Part shown: positions 30,777 to 40,870 of the stretch, one piece after another
How positions within the stretch are numbered: position 1 is the stretch's first letter
Layout: each line of letters begins with the position of its first letter
Source: an uncultured candidate division Zixibacteria bacterium
GTDB lineage: Bacteria; Zixibacteria; MSB-5A5; UBA10806; 4484-95
DNA length: 64,000 bases
NCBI GenBank assembly: GCA_963668625.2
Contig: CAXXKA010000008.1
Span: 832,001-896,000 of the forward strand
Direction: 5' to 3'
Position numbers and translations under genes: made by a program
The notes under the pieces: model-generated
The model's input: only the letters and a program-made list of their open reading frames with translations
Told to the model about the DNA's origin: nothing
The model's database searches: none

Positions 30777-31763
30777 ATGAGAAAAATTATATATCTGGCA
30801 TTCGCGGTTATACTGATTTTTCGAAGTACTAATTGCGTTTGGGGAGAAGCCTCTGAAGGATTCGATGAAATCAACACATTTTCGATCGTTGCCTATGATC
30901 CTCGAACCGGCGAATTGGGAGTGGCCGTGGCCTCGAAATTTTTCGCGGTCGGATCGGTTGTTCCCTGGGCAAAAGCGGGGATCGGAGCGGTAGCCACTCA
31001 AGCTTACGCAAACACCTCTTTCGGCTGGCGGGGATTGGAATACCTGGAGAGCGGTTTTTCACCCGAGGAGGCGGTCGAGGAGTTAATCGGCAGCGATGAT
31101 AATCCCGGCCGGAGGCAGCTCGGTATTGTCGATTGCAAGGGGCGATCGTTTTCATATACCGGCGAAAATTGTCTGGATTGGGCCGGCGGCAGAGTCGGTG
31201 ATAATTACGCGATCCAGGGGAATATCTTGACCGGCGAATCGGTCGTGCTGGAGATGGAGGACGCTTTTTTGAATACCGCCGGGACTCTTTCCGAACGGCT
31301 TTACGCGGCGTTATCGGCCGGAGATAAAGCCGGTGGTGATTCCCTGGGAAAACAGTCGGCGGCTATGCTGGTGGTTGCCGAAAGCGCTGGCTATGGCGGC
31401 TATACCGATAGGGCAATAGATATCAGGGTGGATGACCATGCCGAACCATTCATAGAACTTGGACGGTTGTTGAAAAAAGCTCAGCTAAACTATAGCTGGA
31501 ATATAGCCTGGACCGCTTTCATGGATAAAGACTATCGCAGCGCTTTGCCGTCAATGGAACGGGCTGCCCGCCTGGATACGTCGTACGCTGAGGTGCAGTA
31601 TGATCTGGCCGTAATCAGGCTGGCCTCGGGAGACACGACCGGCGGGTTGGAGGCAATGAAAAAGGCAATAGAGTTAAATCCAAAATTGAAAAAACAGGCT
31701 GCCGTTGATGATGACTGTGCCGGTTTCCGCGAATTGCCGGATTATAAAAAGTTATTCAAGTGA
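30777..31763 (+). CDS. DUF1028 (Ntn-hydrolase-like) protein with C-terminal TPR
   Basis: TFSIVAYDP..GVAVASKFFAVG..VP..GAVATQA, IQGNIL, AGGD..GKQSAA. Confidence 0.88.
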   Translation: MRKIIYLAFAVILIFRSTNCVWGEASEGFDEINTFSIVAYDPRTGELGVAVASKFFAVGSVVPWAKAGIGAVATQAYANTSFGWRGLEYLESGFSPEEAVEELIGSDDNPGRRQLGIVDCKGRSFSYTGENCLDWAGGRVGDNYAIQGNILTGESVVLEMEDAFLNTAGTLSERLYAALSAGDKAGGDSLGKQSAAMLVVAESAGYGGYTDRAIDIRVDDHAEPFIELGRLLKKAQLNYSWNIAWTAFMDKDYRSALPSMERAARLDTSYAEVQYDLAVIRLASGDTTGGLEAMKKAIELNPKLKKQAAVDDDCAGFRELPDYKKLFK

Positions 31764-31922
31764 TAATTATTATATTGCGGGAACCCTTACATTTTGGCAT
31801 ATGTTTATTAATTGGTTTATTAACATATTTTAAGTTTCGAGGATTAATCATTCGGGGCAGCACGCTTTAACCATTTACCTGATAAGAATTAAAATACAAA
31901 TACACAAAATAAGGAGTATAGC

Positions 31923-32738
31923 ATGGAAAATGTAATGGACAAATTGATCGAGTGGGGAGCGCTATATGGCACTAAGATTATAGGGGCGATCGCTATCCTC
32001 GTTTTGGGACGAATCGGTATCGGTATTATTACCGGCGTGATCCGCAAGTTGATGCGTAAAACGAAAGCCGATGAGACCCTGGCGAAATTCGTCGTCAGCC
32101 TGACAAAGATCGCCTTGATGACGTTTATCGTGATTGCCGCGCTGGGTACCGTTGGTGTACAAACCGCCTCTTTCGTGGCCGTGATAGGCGCGGCCGGCCT
32201 GGCTATCGGTTTTGCGCTTCAGGGTTCGCTTTCCAATTTCGCCTCGGGTGTTATGATTATTATTTTCAAACCTTTTCAAGCAGGTGATTATGTAGAAGCC
32301 GGCGGTACAGGGGGCTCTATCGATGCCGTGCATATTTTTAACACGATCATGAGAACCCCGGATAACAAGAAAGTCATTATCCCCAACAGCCAGGTTACGG
32401 GCAGCAGTATCACCAATTATTCGGCAATGGAAACCCGTCGAGTTGACATGGTTTTCGGTATCGGTTACGGGGATGATATCAAGAAGGCCAAGCAAACACT
32501 GGAGAAAATACTGACCGGTGATGACAGGATATTGAAGGATCCGTCGCCGACAGTCGCCGTTTCCGAACTGGCCGACAGCTCGGTTAATTTCGTGGTTCGC
32601 CCGTGGGTGAAAACCGCCGATTACTGGGGCGTGTATTTCGATATTACCGAGAAAGTCAAAATCACTTTCGATGAGCTCGGTATCTCCATACCATTCCCAC
32701 AGACGGATGTTCATTTGCATAAAGTTGATGTTGCTTAG
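31923..32738 (+). CDS. mscS: Small-conductance mechanosensitive channel MscS
   Basis: GAAGLAIGFALQGSLSNFASG, IPNSQV, ISIPFPQ. Confidence 0.9.
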   Translation: MENVMDKLIEWGALYGTKIIGAIAILVLGRIGIGIITGVIRKLMRKTKADETLAKFVVSLTKIALMTFIVIAALGTVGVQTASFVAVIGAAGLAIGFALQGSLSNFASGVMIIIFKPFQAGDYVEAGGTGGSIDAVHIFNTIMRTPDNKKVIIPNSQVTGSSITNYSAMETRRVDMVFGIGYGDDIKKAKQTLEKILTGDDRILKDPSPTVAVSELADSSVNFVVRPWVKTADYWGVYFDITEKVKITFDELGISIPFPQTDVHLHKVDVA

Positions 32739-32772
32739 GTTCAGTACTATAGATTCATTAAGGAGTTTCGCG

Positions 32773-33675
32773 ATGAAAAAAATAACCACATTCATGATTC
32801 TGACAATGTTCGTCCTGACCGGATCGGTATTATATGCCGATGATGAGGCCCCGGTCAAGGGCTGGAAGAAATCGTTCGACACCGATTTCACCATGACACA
32901 GAACTCGTATTCCGATAGCTGGTCGGGTGGCGAGGCCGGCAATATTAGCTGGGTTTGGAACGCCAATGGTGTTTTCGAAAATCAGTTTTCGCCCAAATTC
33001 AATTTCAAGAACACCTCCCGTTTCTCATTCGGACAAACTCACGTACAGGATAAAGAAACCAAAGAGTGGGCCAGACCCGAGAAATCCACCGACTTGATAG
33101 ATATCGAGAATCTCGGTCGTTTTACCATGGGTTGGGTGGTCGATCCTTACGCGGCATTCAGGATTGAATCGCAGTTTCTGGACGCCTCCGATCCTATCAA
33201 AAAACTTTATCTTAACCCGATCAAGTTCACCGAATCGGCAGGCGCCTCGCGCAAGTTTATCGGCACCGAACAGAACGAACTGCTCTCCCGCCTGGGTTTT
33301 GCCTTACGCCAGATCATGACCAAATCCGTCATAGATACGGCAGGCAACACCGAATCTACAACCACCAATGACGGCGGTTTGGAGTCGGTTACCGATTTGA
33401 AGATGACCCTGTCCGAAACCCTGTTATTTACGTCCAAGCTCAGTTTATATAAAGCGCTGTTCTATTCCGAATCGGATGCCCCTGAACTCGTTGGTACTCC
33501 CCAGGAGGATTACTGGAAATCGGTGGATATTAACTGGGAAAACAAGGTATCTGCCTCAGTTGCCAAGTATGTCACCGTCTCGTTATATATGCAGCTTCTG
33601 TACGATAAGCAAATTAACGTAAAGGGACGATTCAAAGAGACACTGGCTCTGGGGTTGACTTACAAGTTATTCTAA
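32773..33675 (+). CDS. DUF3078-like outer-membrane beta-barrel protein
   Basis: Signal peptide; TQNSYSDSWSGGE, KSTDLIDIE, ETLALGLTYKLF ending in Phe. Confidence 0.7.
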   Translation: MKKITTFMILTMFVLTGSVLYADDEAPVKGWKKSFDTDFTMTQNSYSDSWSGGEAGNISWVWNANGVFENQFSPKFNFKNTSRFSFGQTHVQDKETKEWARPEKSTDLIDIENLGRFTMGWVVDPYAAFRIESQFLDASDPIKKLYLNPIKFTESAGASRKFIGTEQNELLSRLGFALRQIMTKSVIDTAGNTESTTTNDGGLESVTDLKMTLSETLLFTSKLSLYKALFYSESDAPELVGTPQEDYWKSVDINWENKVSASVAKYVTVSLYMQLLYDKQINVKGRFKETLALGLTYKLF

Positions 33676-33859
33676 TATTAAATTGTAGATTATCTCGTGG
33701 GGTATCGTTATTAACGATTCCCACGGGTGATAAAGCGAGTAGTTAATACCAGGATATCGTTCGTGACCTCGTATACGGTTGCGACCGTCAGTTACGATTA
33801 ATACAGGGAGATGCGATTTTAGGCATTCGGGAATAATTTAACGAAAATGAGGAGTATAC

Positions 33860-35380
33860 ATGAAAATTAGAGTTGTTGCGATCGCTATAATTTTGGTTTT
33901 GTCGATGAGTACGGTTAATGCCGCCGACTGGAACGGTTTAGTGGGGATAGGATTGCGCGGTCAGTTCGTTTCGCCGTTAAGCGAGGGAGGCAGTTATAAC
34001 AAGTTCAGCGGCAATGAACCTTTCATGATGGGCTGGTCGACCGAATTCGATTTGAAATACGGTCTTTCCCGAAGTTTCGTGATGGGCCTGGCGGCCGGTT
34101 ATAGCAAAACATATGACCATCCTTTTAACGATAAAGACCAATCGTATAATGAGATCTGGAATAAGGCCGAAACATCACCAACAAAAATGACCGGAATGCT
34201 TGTCGATCTGGAGGGGCAGTATTTTCTTTTCCCGGAATCGAATATACAGCCATATTTTCTGGGTGGAGCGGGTATCGATCTGTGGAAATTGACAACCCAG
34301 GATTCCAGCCTGTCATTCAGCGCCTGGCCATCGGGCAATGAATATAGTTTCATGGATGTTAGCGCGAAATTCGGTGTTGGCATTAATTTCTGGCTTAACA
34401 AATATTGGACATTCGATATTCAGGCGAAATATTCATACGGTATAACGAATGTTTCGGCGGATGATGATACTATTTATTACGGTGATATGAGCGAGTGGGA
34501 TAAGCGCGCCTTCCAGTCGTTCATCCAGCCCTCGATAGCCCTGACATATTATTTCGGCCGCAAGATAGATACCGACAAGGACGGCGTGGGGGACGAGGAG
34601 GATAGCTGCCCCGGAACGCCCTCCGGCGCAATGGTGGATATGGATGGTTGCCCGCTCGATACCGATAATGACGGCGTATACGACGGCCTCGACAGATGTG
34701 AAAATACGCCTGCCGGAGCAGTGGTAGATATTCAAGGCTGTCCGAAAGATACCGACGGGGATGGTGTTTACGATGGCCTCGATCAATGTCCCAACACGCC
34801 TAAAACAGCTAAAACGGATATGCGCGGTTGTCCGCTCGATACCGATCAGGACGGAGTAGCGGATTATCTCGATCGGGAGATCAATACCCCGTTTAAAGCC
34901 GAGGTGGATGCCAACGGTGTCGGGCTGGATTCTGATTTCGACGGTGTTTATGATGGCCTGGACAGATGCCCCACTACCGCTGCAGGAGCGCAGGTGGATG
35001 AGTTCGGTTGCCCGGTGGAGGTAGAGAAACCGGTTGAGAAGATAACTCTGAATATCGAATACGCCACCGGTTCGTACGAGCCGGATGACGAGGCCAAGAA
35101 AGTGCTGGATAGGCTGGCCGAAACGATGTACGCCTATGTAGACTATAGTATAGAGATAGATGGTTTCACCGATAATGTCGGTTCGGAGAAAGCCAATCGC
35201 GACCTTTCGCAAAAACGCGCTGATGCCGTAATGAAATACCTTCTGGATAAAGGCGTTGCCTCGTACAGAATGTCCTCCAAAGGATTCGGCGAGGATTCAC
35301 GTTATGCGATAGGTGATAACTCCACCCCGGAGGGCCGTCAGAAAAACAGGCGAGTCGAAATTATTTCGCTTCAAGAATAA
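33860..35380 (+). CDS. OmpA-family protein: beta-barrel, thrombospondin type-3-like Ca-binding repeats, OmpA C-terminal domain
   Basis: Repeated DTDxDGVYDGLDxCP units; IDGFTD..NRDLSQKRA..GRQKNRRVEI. Confidence 0.92.
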   Translation: MKIRVVAIAIILVLSMSTVNAADWNGLVGIGLRGQFVSPLSEGGSYNKFSGNEPFMMGWSTEFDLKYGLSRSFVMGLAAGYSKTYDHPFNDKDQSYNEIWNKAETSPTKMTGMLVDLEGQYFLFPESNIQPYFLGGAGIDLWKLTTQDSSLSFSAWPSGNEYSFMDVSAKFGVGINFWLNKYWTFDIQAKYSYGITNVSADDDTIYYGDMSEWDKRAFQSFIQPSIALTYYFGRKIDTDKDGVGDEEDSCPGTPSGAMVDMDGCPLDTDNDGVYDGLDRCENTPAGAVVDIQGCPKDTDGDGVYDGLDQCPNTPKTAKTDMRGCPLDTDQDGVADYLDREINTPFKAEVDANGVGLDSDFDGVYDGLDRCPTTAAGAQVDEFGCPVEVEKPVEKITLNIEYATGSYEPDDEAKKVLDRLAETMYAYVDYSIEIDGFTDNVGSEKANRDLSQKRADAVMKYLLDKGVASYRMSSKGFGEDSRYAIGDNSTPEGRQKNRRVEIISLQE

Positions 35381-35404
35381 CACTTGGCTAAATAGAATAT
35401 CGAG

Positions 35405-35440
35405 TATCGCCGGGAAATCTTTTCCGGCGATATTTTTTTA
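35405..35440 (+). terminator. Intrinsic terminator after the OmpA gene
   Basis: tatcgccgg..ccggcgata followed by T-run. Confidence 0.8.
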
Positions 35441-35496
35441 TGATCAATTAATCGGTAGCCGAGCTTAGACTTGAGGTGTAGCTATAAATCCGCCGG

Positions 35497-36048
35497 TTAC
35501 TTGAATCGCATTAAATCATTTTTGAAAAATACGATGCCCTCCGGTATGATAAATTCACCTTTATGATTCAGGCGATACCAGGGACTGATATTTTTATCTG
35601 ATAGATTTTTGATTATATGAATACTTTGCGCCGGAATAAAACTTTGAGCCATCATGAAAAGCTTATCTTTACTTTCAGTACTTTCTATCATATCGACGAT
35701 TATCAGAGCATGTCCGGGAAAACCGCCCTGTATGAAAATATCGCCCGTTCTTATCGGATCGATATCGATATTAGCGGCATGAAGGTTTTGCCAGGGTTTG
35801 ATCGTACTATCGTACTAGGCTATCAAAGCCGTATCCGGTTTCAGGGGGAGATGGCGCAGTCAGTCGGCAAAGCCCCCGGGCACAGTAGTGATTCTCTCAT
35901 AACCTGCGGGCAGCTTGAATCTGGCAGCTATGCATCGAGTTGAATCAATTTCGGAAACTAACCAGGGATAATCATTATGTCGGGCGTTGGATATCCCGAA
36001 TGGCGTGAAAATTATCGAAAATATAAGAATAAGTGTTTTCAAAATCAC
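35497..36048 (-). pseudogene. DUF4846-like protein pseudogene (two in-frame stops, probable internal deletion)
   Basis: One frame reads RFKLPAGYER..GFAD*LRHLPLKP..IA*YD..HAANIDID|PIRTGDIFIQGGFPGHA..AQSFIPAQ..SPWY; stops at 35860-62 (TGA) and 35815-17 (TAG). Confidence 0.75.
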
Positions 36049-36054
36049 AGAGTA

Positions 36055-36705
36055 CTAAAAATCAGCAACCAATTGCTCTATCCGATAAGTAATAAACTCA
36101 CCGGTTTTAAAATCGTATAGCTCTATTTCAGTGTTATCATCGGATAAAGCTTTGACGTGTTCGTATGCCTCATCACGGCACAATGATTTTAAGGCTACGA
36201 TAGAACTACCGCGTATATTCGCGTTGGGATCGTTTAAGGTTTGAATTAATTTTTTATTAACGGTTTTATTAAAATGAGAGCTGTCTATCCCGGCTATTCT
36301 GGCGATTGCTATACGAGTACCTTTCTCGAATGGCTCCTCGACTAAAAACGCAGGCAGCATGCCGGCGTATTCGGCGATCAGCTCCGGCACGTTGCGCAAT
36401 GTCTCACCGATAGCCTCGGCGGAGTACCAGCCGACATTACCCGACTCATCGTTCAGATTCCAGAAAAAGCGACGAATCATCTTTCGCAGTGTCTCTAATT
36501 TATTTTTGTACAGGCTGGAGATGACTCCCAACGCCTCGACCGCTCTCATACAGATTAGAGGATCGGGGTCGAACTGGAGCGAGGTAAGTATGCGGATAGG
36601 ATTACGTGTCGAATTCGCCCAGCTTAAAAGTGAATCGAAATCTCGTTTTCTCAGAATTTCCAGCGCCTCGCCTTTGCGAGAACTTAAACCAGCGGTGTCT
36701 GTCAT
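36055..36705 (-). CDS. HEAT-repeat protein (DVU0298-like)
   Basis: RRFFWNLNDESGNVGWYSAEAIGE; LNDPNANIRG HEAT-like units. Confidence 0.72.
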   Translation of the reverse strand: MTDTAGLSSRKGEALEILRKRDFDSLLSWANSTRNPIRILTSLQFDPDPLICMRAVEALGVISSLYKNKLETLRKMIRRFFWNLNDESGNVGWYSAEAIGETLRNVPELIAEYAGMLPAFLVEEPFEKGTRIAIARIAGIDSSHFNKTVNKKLIQTLNDPNANIRGSSIVALKSLCRDEAYEHVKALSDDNTEIELYDFKTGEFITYRIEQLVADF

Positions 36706-36806
36706 CGTTCTTTCCTCGTATGAAAAAGGGCGCAATTAATACGCCCTGGTGTTTTATCGTGTATCAATGTAGTTTCTCGTCACCGAGTTTTCAAGAGAAT
36801 ACCGGT

Positions 36807-37316
36807 TTAAAAAGGCGAGAAATTGCCATCCTGCCAGTAATCCTCTTTAAGCTCCTGCTGCTGTTTCAACAGCCTCCTGTGATGAGTGGCTTCCCAATCG
36901 GCCAATTCGGTGAAAAACTTTTTCATTTCATCATCGGCTGCTTGCTTTGCCTGATCCTGGTAAAACTTTACGGCCGATATTTCGAGCTGTACGCCTACCG
37001 AAAGGGCGGTCATCTCGTAATGCGCCTCCTTGATACGGCTCTTGAAACTATCGCTGAACATCGGGCTTTCACCGCTTTCGGAGGGTTTGCCGACTTTCAC
37101 GCTCGAATCGGGCTTACCGTCTTTCTCATAAGCGGCGTATTGGGCTTTCAGGAACGTGAAATGTTCAACCTCATCTTTAGCCAAAGCTTTGAATGTTTCC
37201 TTGCCCATTTCATCCCGGGTGCTATCAGCGGCCATGCGGTAGAAATTGTGACCATCCACCTCGGCTTGCATCGCTTCTTTCAGCGCCGAGAGTACGCGAT
37301 CTTTTTCGCTCATCAT
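36807..37316 (-). CDS. Ferritin-like / rubrerythrin-domain protein
   Basis: AEVDGHNFY..LAKDEVEH..LEISAVKFY..LADWEATH diiron pattern. Confidence 0.88.
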   Translation of the reverse strand: MMSEKDRVLSALKEAMQAEVDGHNFYRMAADSTRDEMGKETFKALAKDEVEHFTFLKAQYAAYEKDGKPDSSVKVGKPSESGESPMFSDSFKSRIKEAHYEMTALSVGVQLEISAVKFYQDQAKQAADDEMKKFFTELADWEATHHRRLLKQQQELKEDYWQDGNFSPF

Positions 37317-37375
37317 TACTCCTTGATATCGGTAATATATTTTTTATTTCCTGTGATGCGTAGTGAATATGTCGG

Positions 37376-37882
37376 TTAATGCTCTACGCTGAACTCTTTA
37401 AAATCGAACCAGAAACCGTTTCCCTGAAGCGAGTCGAGCTCGGCCTGCACCAATGCCAGGTGCCCTTCCTCGATTTCGAGGAAACGCTGGAACATCTTCT
37501 GCGGCTCGGCTTTCAACTCGTTCACCATTTTCTCGTAAAACTTGCTGGTCTCGATTTCGACATCCAGAGCCTTGGTAAGCATCTGGGCCTCACCGTGCTC
37601 ATCGGCCTCTTTCATTTTATCATCGAGCTTTTTCACGCCCTCCTCGATAGCCTCGCGGGCGGGGATGGCCGTGCCCAGTTTCTCGGGGGTGAGGCTGCCG
37701 GTTTTTTGCCATTCGGTGAGACGGCTTTCCAGGTAGTCTACATGTCCCTGTTCCTCATCGGCGAGCCTTTTAAATACGCGTCGGGCGGTTTCGTTCTGTG
37801 TGTTATTGACAGCGGTGGCGTAAGTATCGCGGACTTTTATCTCGTACTCGATGGCTGTTTTGATTGCTTTTTCGACTTCCAT
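37376..37882 (-). CDS. Ferritin-like / rubrerythrin-domain protein
   Basis: AIEYE..LADEEQGH..VEIETSKFY..IEEGH; tail GFWFDFKEF. Confidence 0.88.
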   Translation of the reverse strand: MEVEKAIKTAIEYEIKVRDTYATAVNNTQNETARRVFKRLADEEQGHVDYLESRLTEWQKTGSLTPEKLGTAIPAREAIEEGVKKLDDKMKEADEHGEAQMLTKALDVEIETSKFYEKMVNELKAEPQKMFQRFLEIEEGHLALVQAELDSLQGNGFWFDFKEFSVEH

Positions 37883-38052
37883 GACTGCTCCATCTTTTTA
37901 CAATTTCCTCGTGGTGTTTAATTATAGACAGTACAACCCGGTTTGTTGTCTGAATGTTCCCATATCCTGTCTAATCTCTTAATTATTTTAAGATAAAAAG
38001 ATGACGGCTGAATGCAAATAATATTCGATAAAAATATAAACTTATATGAAAC

Positions 38053-38081
38053 TTGACACCGAGCAATACTATAAGTAGTTT
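38053..38081 (+). promoter_or_regulatory. Sigma70-type promoter positioned for a leaderless transcript
   Basis: TTGACA-17 nt-TAGTTT, ATG 7 nt later (38089), no Shine-Dalgarno. Confidence 0.55.
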
Positions 38082-38088
38082 AATCTAT

Positions 38089-39021
38089 ATGGCCGGTAAT
38101 ATTCATGAAATCGAGAAACTATCCTATCCGCAGATAGATAAGTTAGACCGTCATAAAACTGTGATGATAGTCTCGATCTCGCCTTTGGAGGAGCACGGAC
38201 CTCATCTCCCCATAGGTGTCGATAGCTTGAATGCCCGCTATTTTGCCGAATACACCGCCCGCATGTTAATTAAGGAATTCCCCGAATACGATGTTCTTCT
38301 GTTTCCGGTTATTCCTCTGGGCACCCAGGTGTATAAGCATATCGGTTCGTTTTTTATCAAGCAAAGCACGTTATTCGATATCGTCTACCAGACCGGCAAG
38401 AGCCTGGCGTTGTACGGATTCGAAAATATTTTCGTGGTTTCGGGGCACGGGCCGCCGAAACAGATTGTCGCCATCGAGGCAGCCTGCAAGCGGGTATCTC
38501 GTCACACCGAGACCCGGATGATTTGCCTGAGTGGAGGATTGACTGTAAAATTCTTAAACGGCGAGATGGTCGAAACTATCAGCAAGAAACTTGGACGAGA
38601 ATTTACCGATGAAGAGAAGCATCTGTTGAAACACGATTACCATGCAGGCTGGTGGGAGACCTCAATGATGCTCTGGTTGTATCCCGAGTTGGTGGATGAT
38701 TCGTATAAACGGATGACGCCCCACCTGAAAGATCCGATTACCGGCAAGACGCTGACTCCCGAGAACGAATGGCTGGGGTATTTCGGCGCGCCTGCCAATG
38801 CCGGCCGCGATTTCGCCGAGGCCTCGATGGAGGCGTTTAACGATTTCATATCGAGTTATGTCGGGCGAAGTTTAAGCGGCGAGGATATATCTAAGGAGAT
38901 TAATTCACCGTTCGGAAAGTATCCTCATTTCCATCCGTTTTTTAGAAAGTACACCGCTATTGGGATTATCAGCCTTTTTATTATAGCATTCATTATTTTG
39001 ATGTTAATCACTAATCCTTAA
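38089..39021 (+). CDS. Creatininase/creatinine amidohydrolase family protein with C-terminal TM anchor
   Basis: EEHGPHLPIGVD, SGHG, DYHAGWWETS. Confidence 0.87.
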   Translation: MAGNIHEIEKLSYPQIDKLDRHKTVMIVSISPLEEHGPHLPIGVDSLNARYFAEYTARMLIKEFPEYDVLLFPVIPLGTQVYKHIGSFFIKQSTLFDIVYQTGKSLALYGFENIFVVSGHGPPKQIVAIEAACKRVSRHTETRMICLSGGLTVKFLNGEMVETISKKLGREFTDEEKHLLKHDYHAGWWETSMMLWLYPELVDDSYKRMTPHLKDPITGKTLTPENEWLGYFGAPANAGRDFAEASMEAFNDFISSYVGRSLSGEDISKEINSPFGKYPHFHPFFRKYTAIGIISLFIIAFIILMLITNP

Positions 39022-40628
39022 AGCTTGGTTGCCAGCCACGACTCGATCAAACCGCATAAAGCCAATATCAGAATGAAATAAACCAGCAGCGTGGTGTAGA
39101 GATATTTGTTGCCCGAGTTACGTAACAGGTCTTTGAGCGGGAAATGGCTTTCCATGATGCCCACCGTCACCCGGTGCGGCATTAGCATACTGATGAAATA
39201 TCCCACGATCATCGAGAAGAGAAAGCCGAATACGTTCCACCACATCCAGGAGATATTTTCAAAAAATAACCATAAAATAATATTGAGAGCGACACCGCTA
39301 ATCAGCCCGATTATGGCTCCGGGCTGAGAGGCTTTTTTCGTCAGTATGCCCAGCCAGAAAATTGCCAGTATCGGGCCGTAGAAAGCTGAACCTATTTTAT
39401 TGACGAGTTCGATCACTGTTTCCGGGCCGCCAATCATAGCCAGTGCGAACACGGTTGCCAGCGCGCCCCAGAACACGGTCAGCAGTCGTGATATCCGCAC
39501 CATCTGGCGCGGCGACATACGCCTGGCCCATCTGAAATTACGTTCGATGAAATCTTTCCACGTAGCGGCGGAAAGCGAGTTTAAGGCGCTATCGATACTC
39601 GACATCGAGGCTGCGAATATACCGGCTATAACCAGGCCCAGAAGCCCCGGTGGAAAATATTCCACCAGGAAATACGGTACCAGAAAATCCGGCTGAGAAT
39701 TTTGCACACGGGCGGCGAACCCGGCATGCTTGTTGAGAAACGGAATGAGGAAAAGCCCGAACGAGCAATAAGTGAGAACCAGTGGAAAGCGCAATAGCCC
39801 GTTTCCCATCATGGCCCAACGTGCGCCGGAGATGGTATTGGTAGTCAAAAGCCGCTGCGCCTGGCTTTGATCGCAACCGTAATAGGACAGGTAGAGGAAA
39901 AAGCCGCCTATGACCATCGGCCAGAAAGCGAATGTTTGGCCATCACCAAGACCCGTTGCTCTGAAATCGATAACGCGAAGGCGTGCGGAATCTTTTGGAA
40001 AGAATGCGAATAAATCACCTCCGAGAAGGTTTAAAATAATAATAATACTGAGTATAGCACCTCCCCAGAGTACGATTAGCTGTATGATATCGGAGTAGAT
40101 ATCGGCCTTGATGCCGCCAATGGTGGTATACAGTAGTGAAACCAACCCGATCAGTATGACAGTGTTGGCCAGTGAAATCTCCAGGCAGACACTGGTGACT
40201 ATCGCTGTTGCCAGAAGAGCCAGGCCCGCGCCTAATCCCCGGCTGATCAAAAATACCAGGCTCAGTATGGAACGTGTTGGTTTGCCGAATCGATTTTCGA
40301 GATACTCATAGATCGTGATGCCTCGGCTGTGATGGTATACCGGGATTAGGATCAGCATGATAAGCATCATGGCGAGAGGGATGGCGAATTCGTACTGAAG
40401 CCATACCAGTCCGCCGCCATACCTGAGCGCGATAAATGCCGGTGCACTTATCAGGCTGATTGCCGATACCTGTGTCGCCATGACCGATAACGCCACCTGC
40501 CAGGGTCGAATCAAACGCCCGCCGAGATAGTAGTCCTCCTGGTTTCGCTGCTTGCGCCCGATTGCGATACTCATGCCGATTATACCGGCTATGTATATTA
40601 TCAGAACCGCCCAGTCGAGATTGGTCAT
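39018..40628 (-). CDS. Sodium:solute symporter (SSS family)
   Basis: YYLGGR, YEYLENRFG, YTTIGGIKA, DQSQAQRLL, AASMSSIDSALNSL. Confidence 0.93.
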   Translation of the reverse strand: MTNLDWAVLIIYIAGIIGMSIAIGRKQRNQEDYYLGGRLIRPWQVALSVMATQVSAISLISAPAFIALRYGGGLVWLQYEFAIPLAMMLIMLILIPVYHHSRGITIYEYLENRFGKPTRSILSLVFLISRGLGAGLALLATAIVTSVCLEISLANTVILIGLVSLLYTTIGGIKADIYSDIIQLIVLWGGAILSIIIILNLLGGDLFAFFPKDSARLRVIDFRATGLGDGQTFAFWPMVIGGFFLYLSYYGCDQSQAQRLLTTNTISGARWAMMGNGLLRFPLVLTYCSFGLFLIPFLNKHAGFAARVQNSQPDFLVPYFLVEYFPPGLLGLVIAGIFAASMSSIDSALNSLSAATWKDFIERNFRWARRMSPRQMVRISRLLTVFWGALATVFALAMIGGPETVIELVNKIGSAFYGPILAIFWLGILTKKASQPGAIIGLISGVALNIILWLFFENISWMWWNVFGFLFSMIVGYFISMLMPHRVTVGIMESHFPLKDLLRNSGNKYLYTTLLVYFILILALCGLIESWLATKL

Positions 40629-40870
40629 GATGATTTCCCCTTGATGATTATTGGATTCGTTTAAGCAATTTTAAGAGATGTCAGGCTGGATTTCAATTAA
40701 AATATAGCGATGATTGACTAATACGTCAATCACCGGTCGCTCAAAAAATAACCGAAGCTATTGCCCCCGAGGAGTATCTATTTTCGATGAAAACGGATGA
40801 GACCTTTATCGTTTTGAACTTCTCGATATTTATTGTATATTACTATTAAAGAGAATCGAAAATACACCAG

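Noticed and set aside
34560-35020. Periodic ~87-bp repeats resembling an array
   Set aside because: They are in-frame thrombospondin type-3-like coding repeats of the OmpA protein, degenerate at synonymous sites; not CRISPR
3500-35862. Genome-wide UGA reassignment (two genes have in-frame TGA, one at a probable Trp site)
   Set aside because: Many intact genes end in TGA (corA, gdhA, DHS-like), Trp is TGG throughout, and the DUF4846-like gene also has a TAG and a deletion
31962-37921. Long antisense ORFs (31962-32966, 34433-35212, 36606-37379, 37379-37921)
   Set aside because: Shadows of well-supported genes on the opposite strand, with no recognisable motifs
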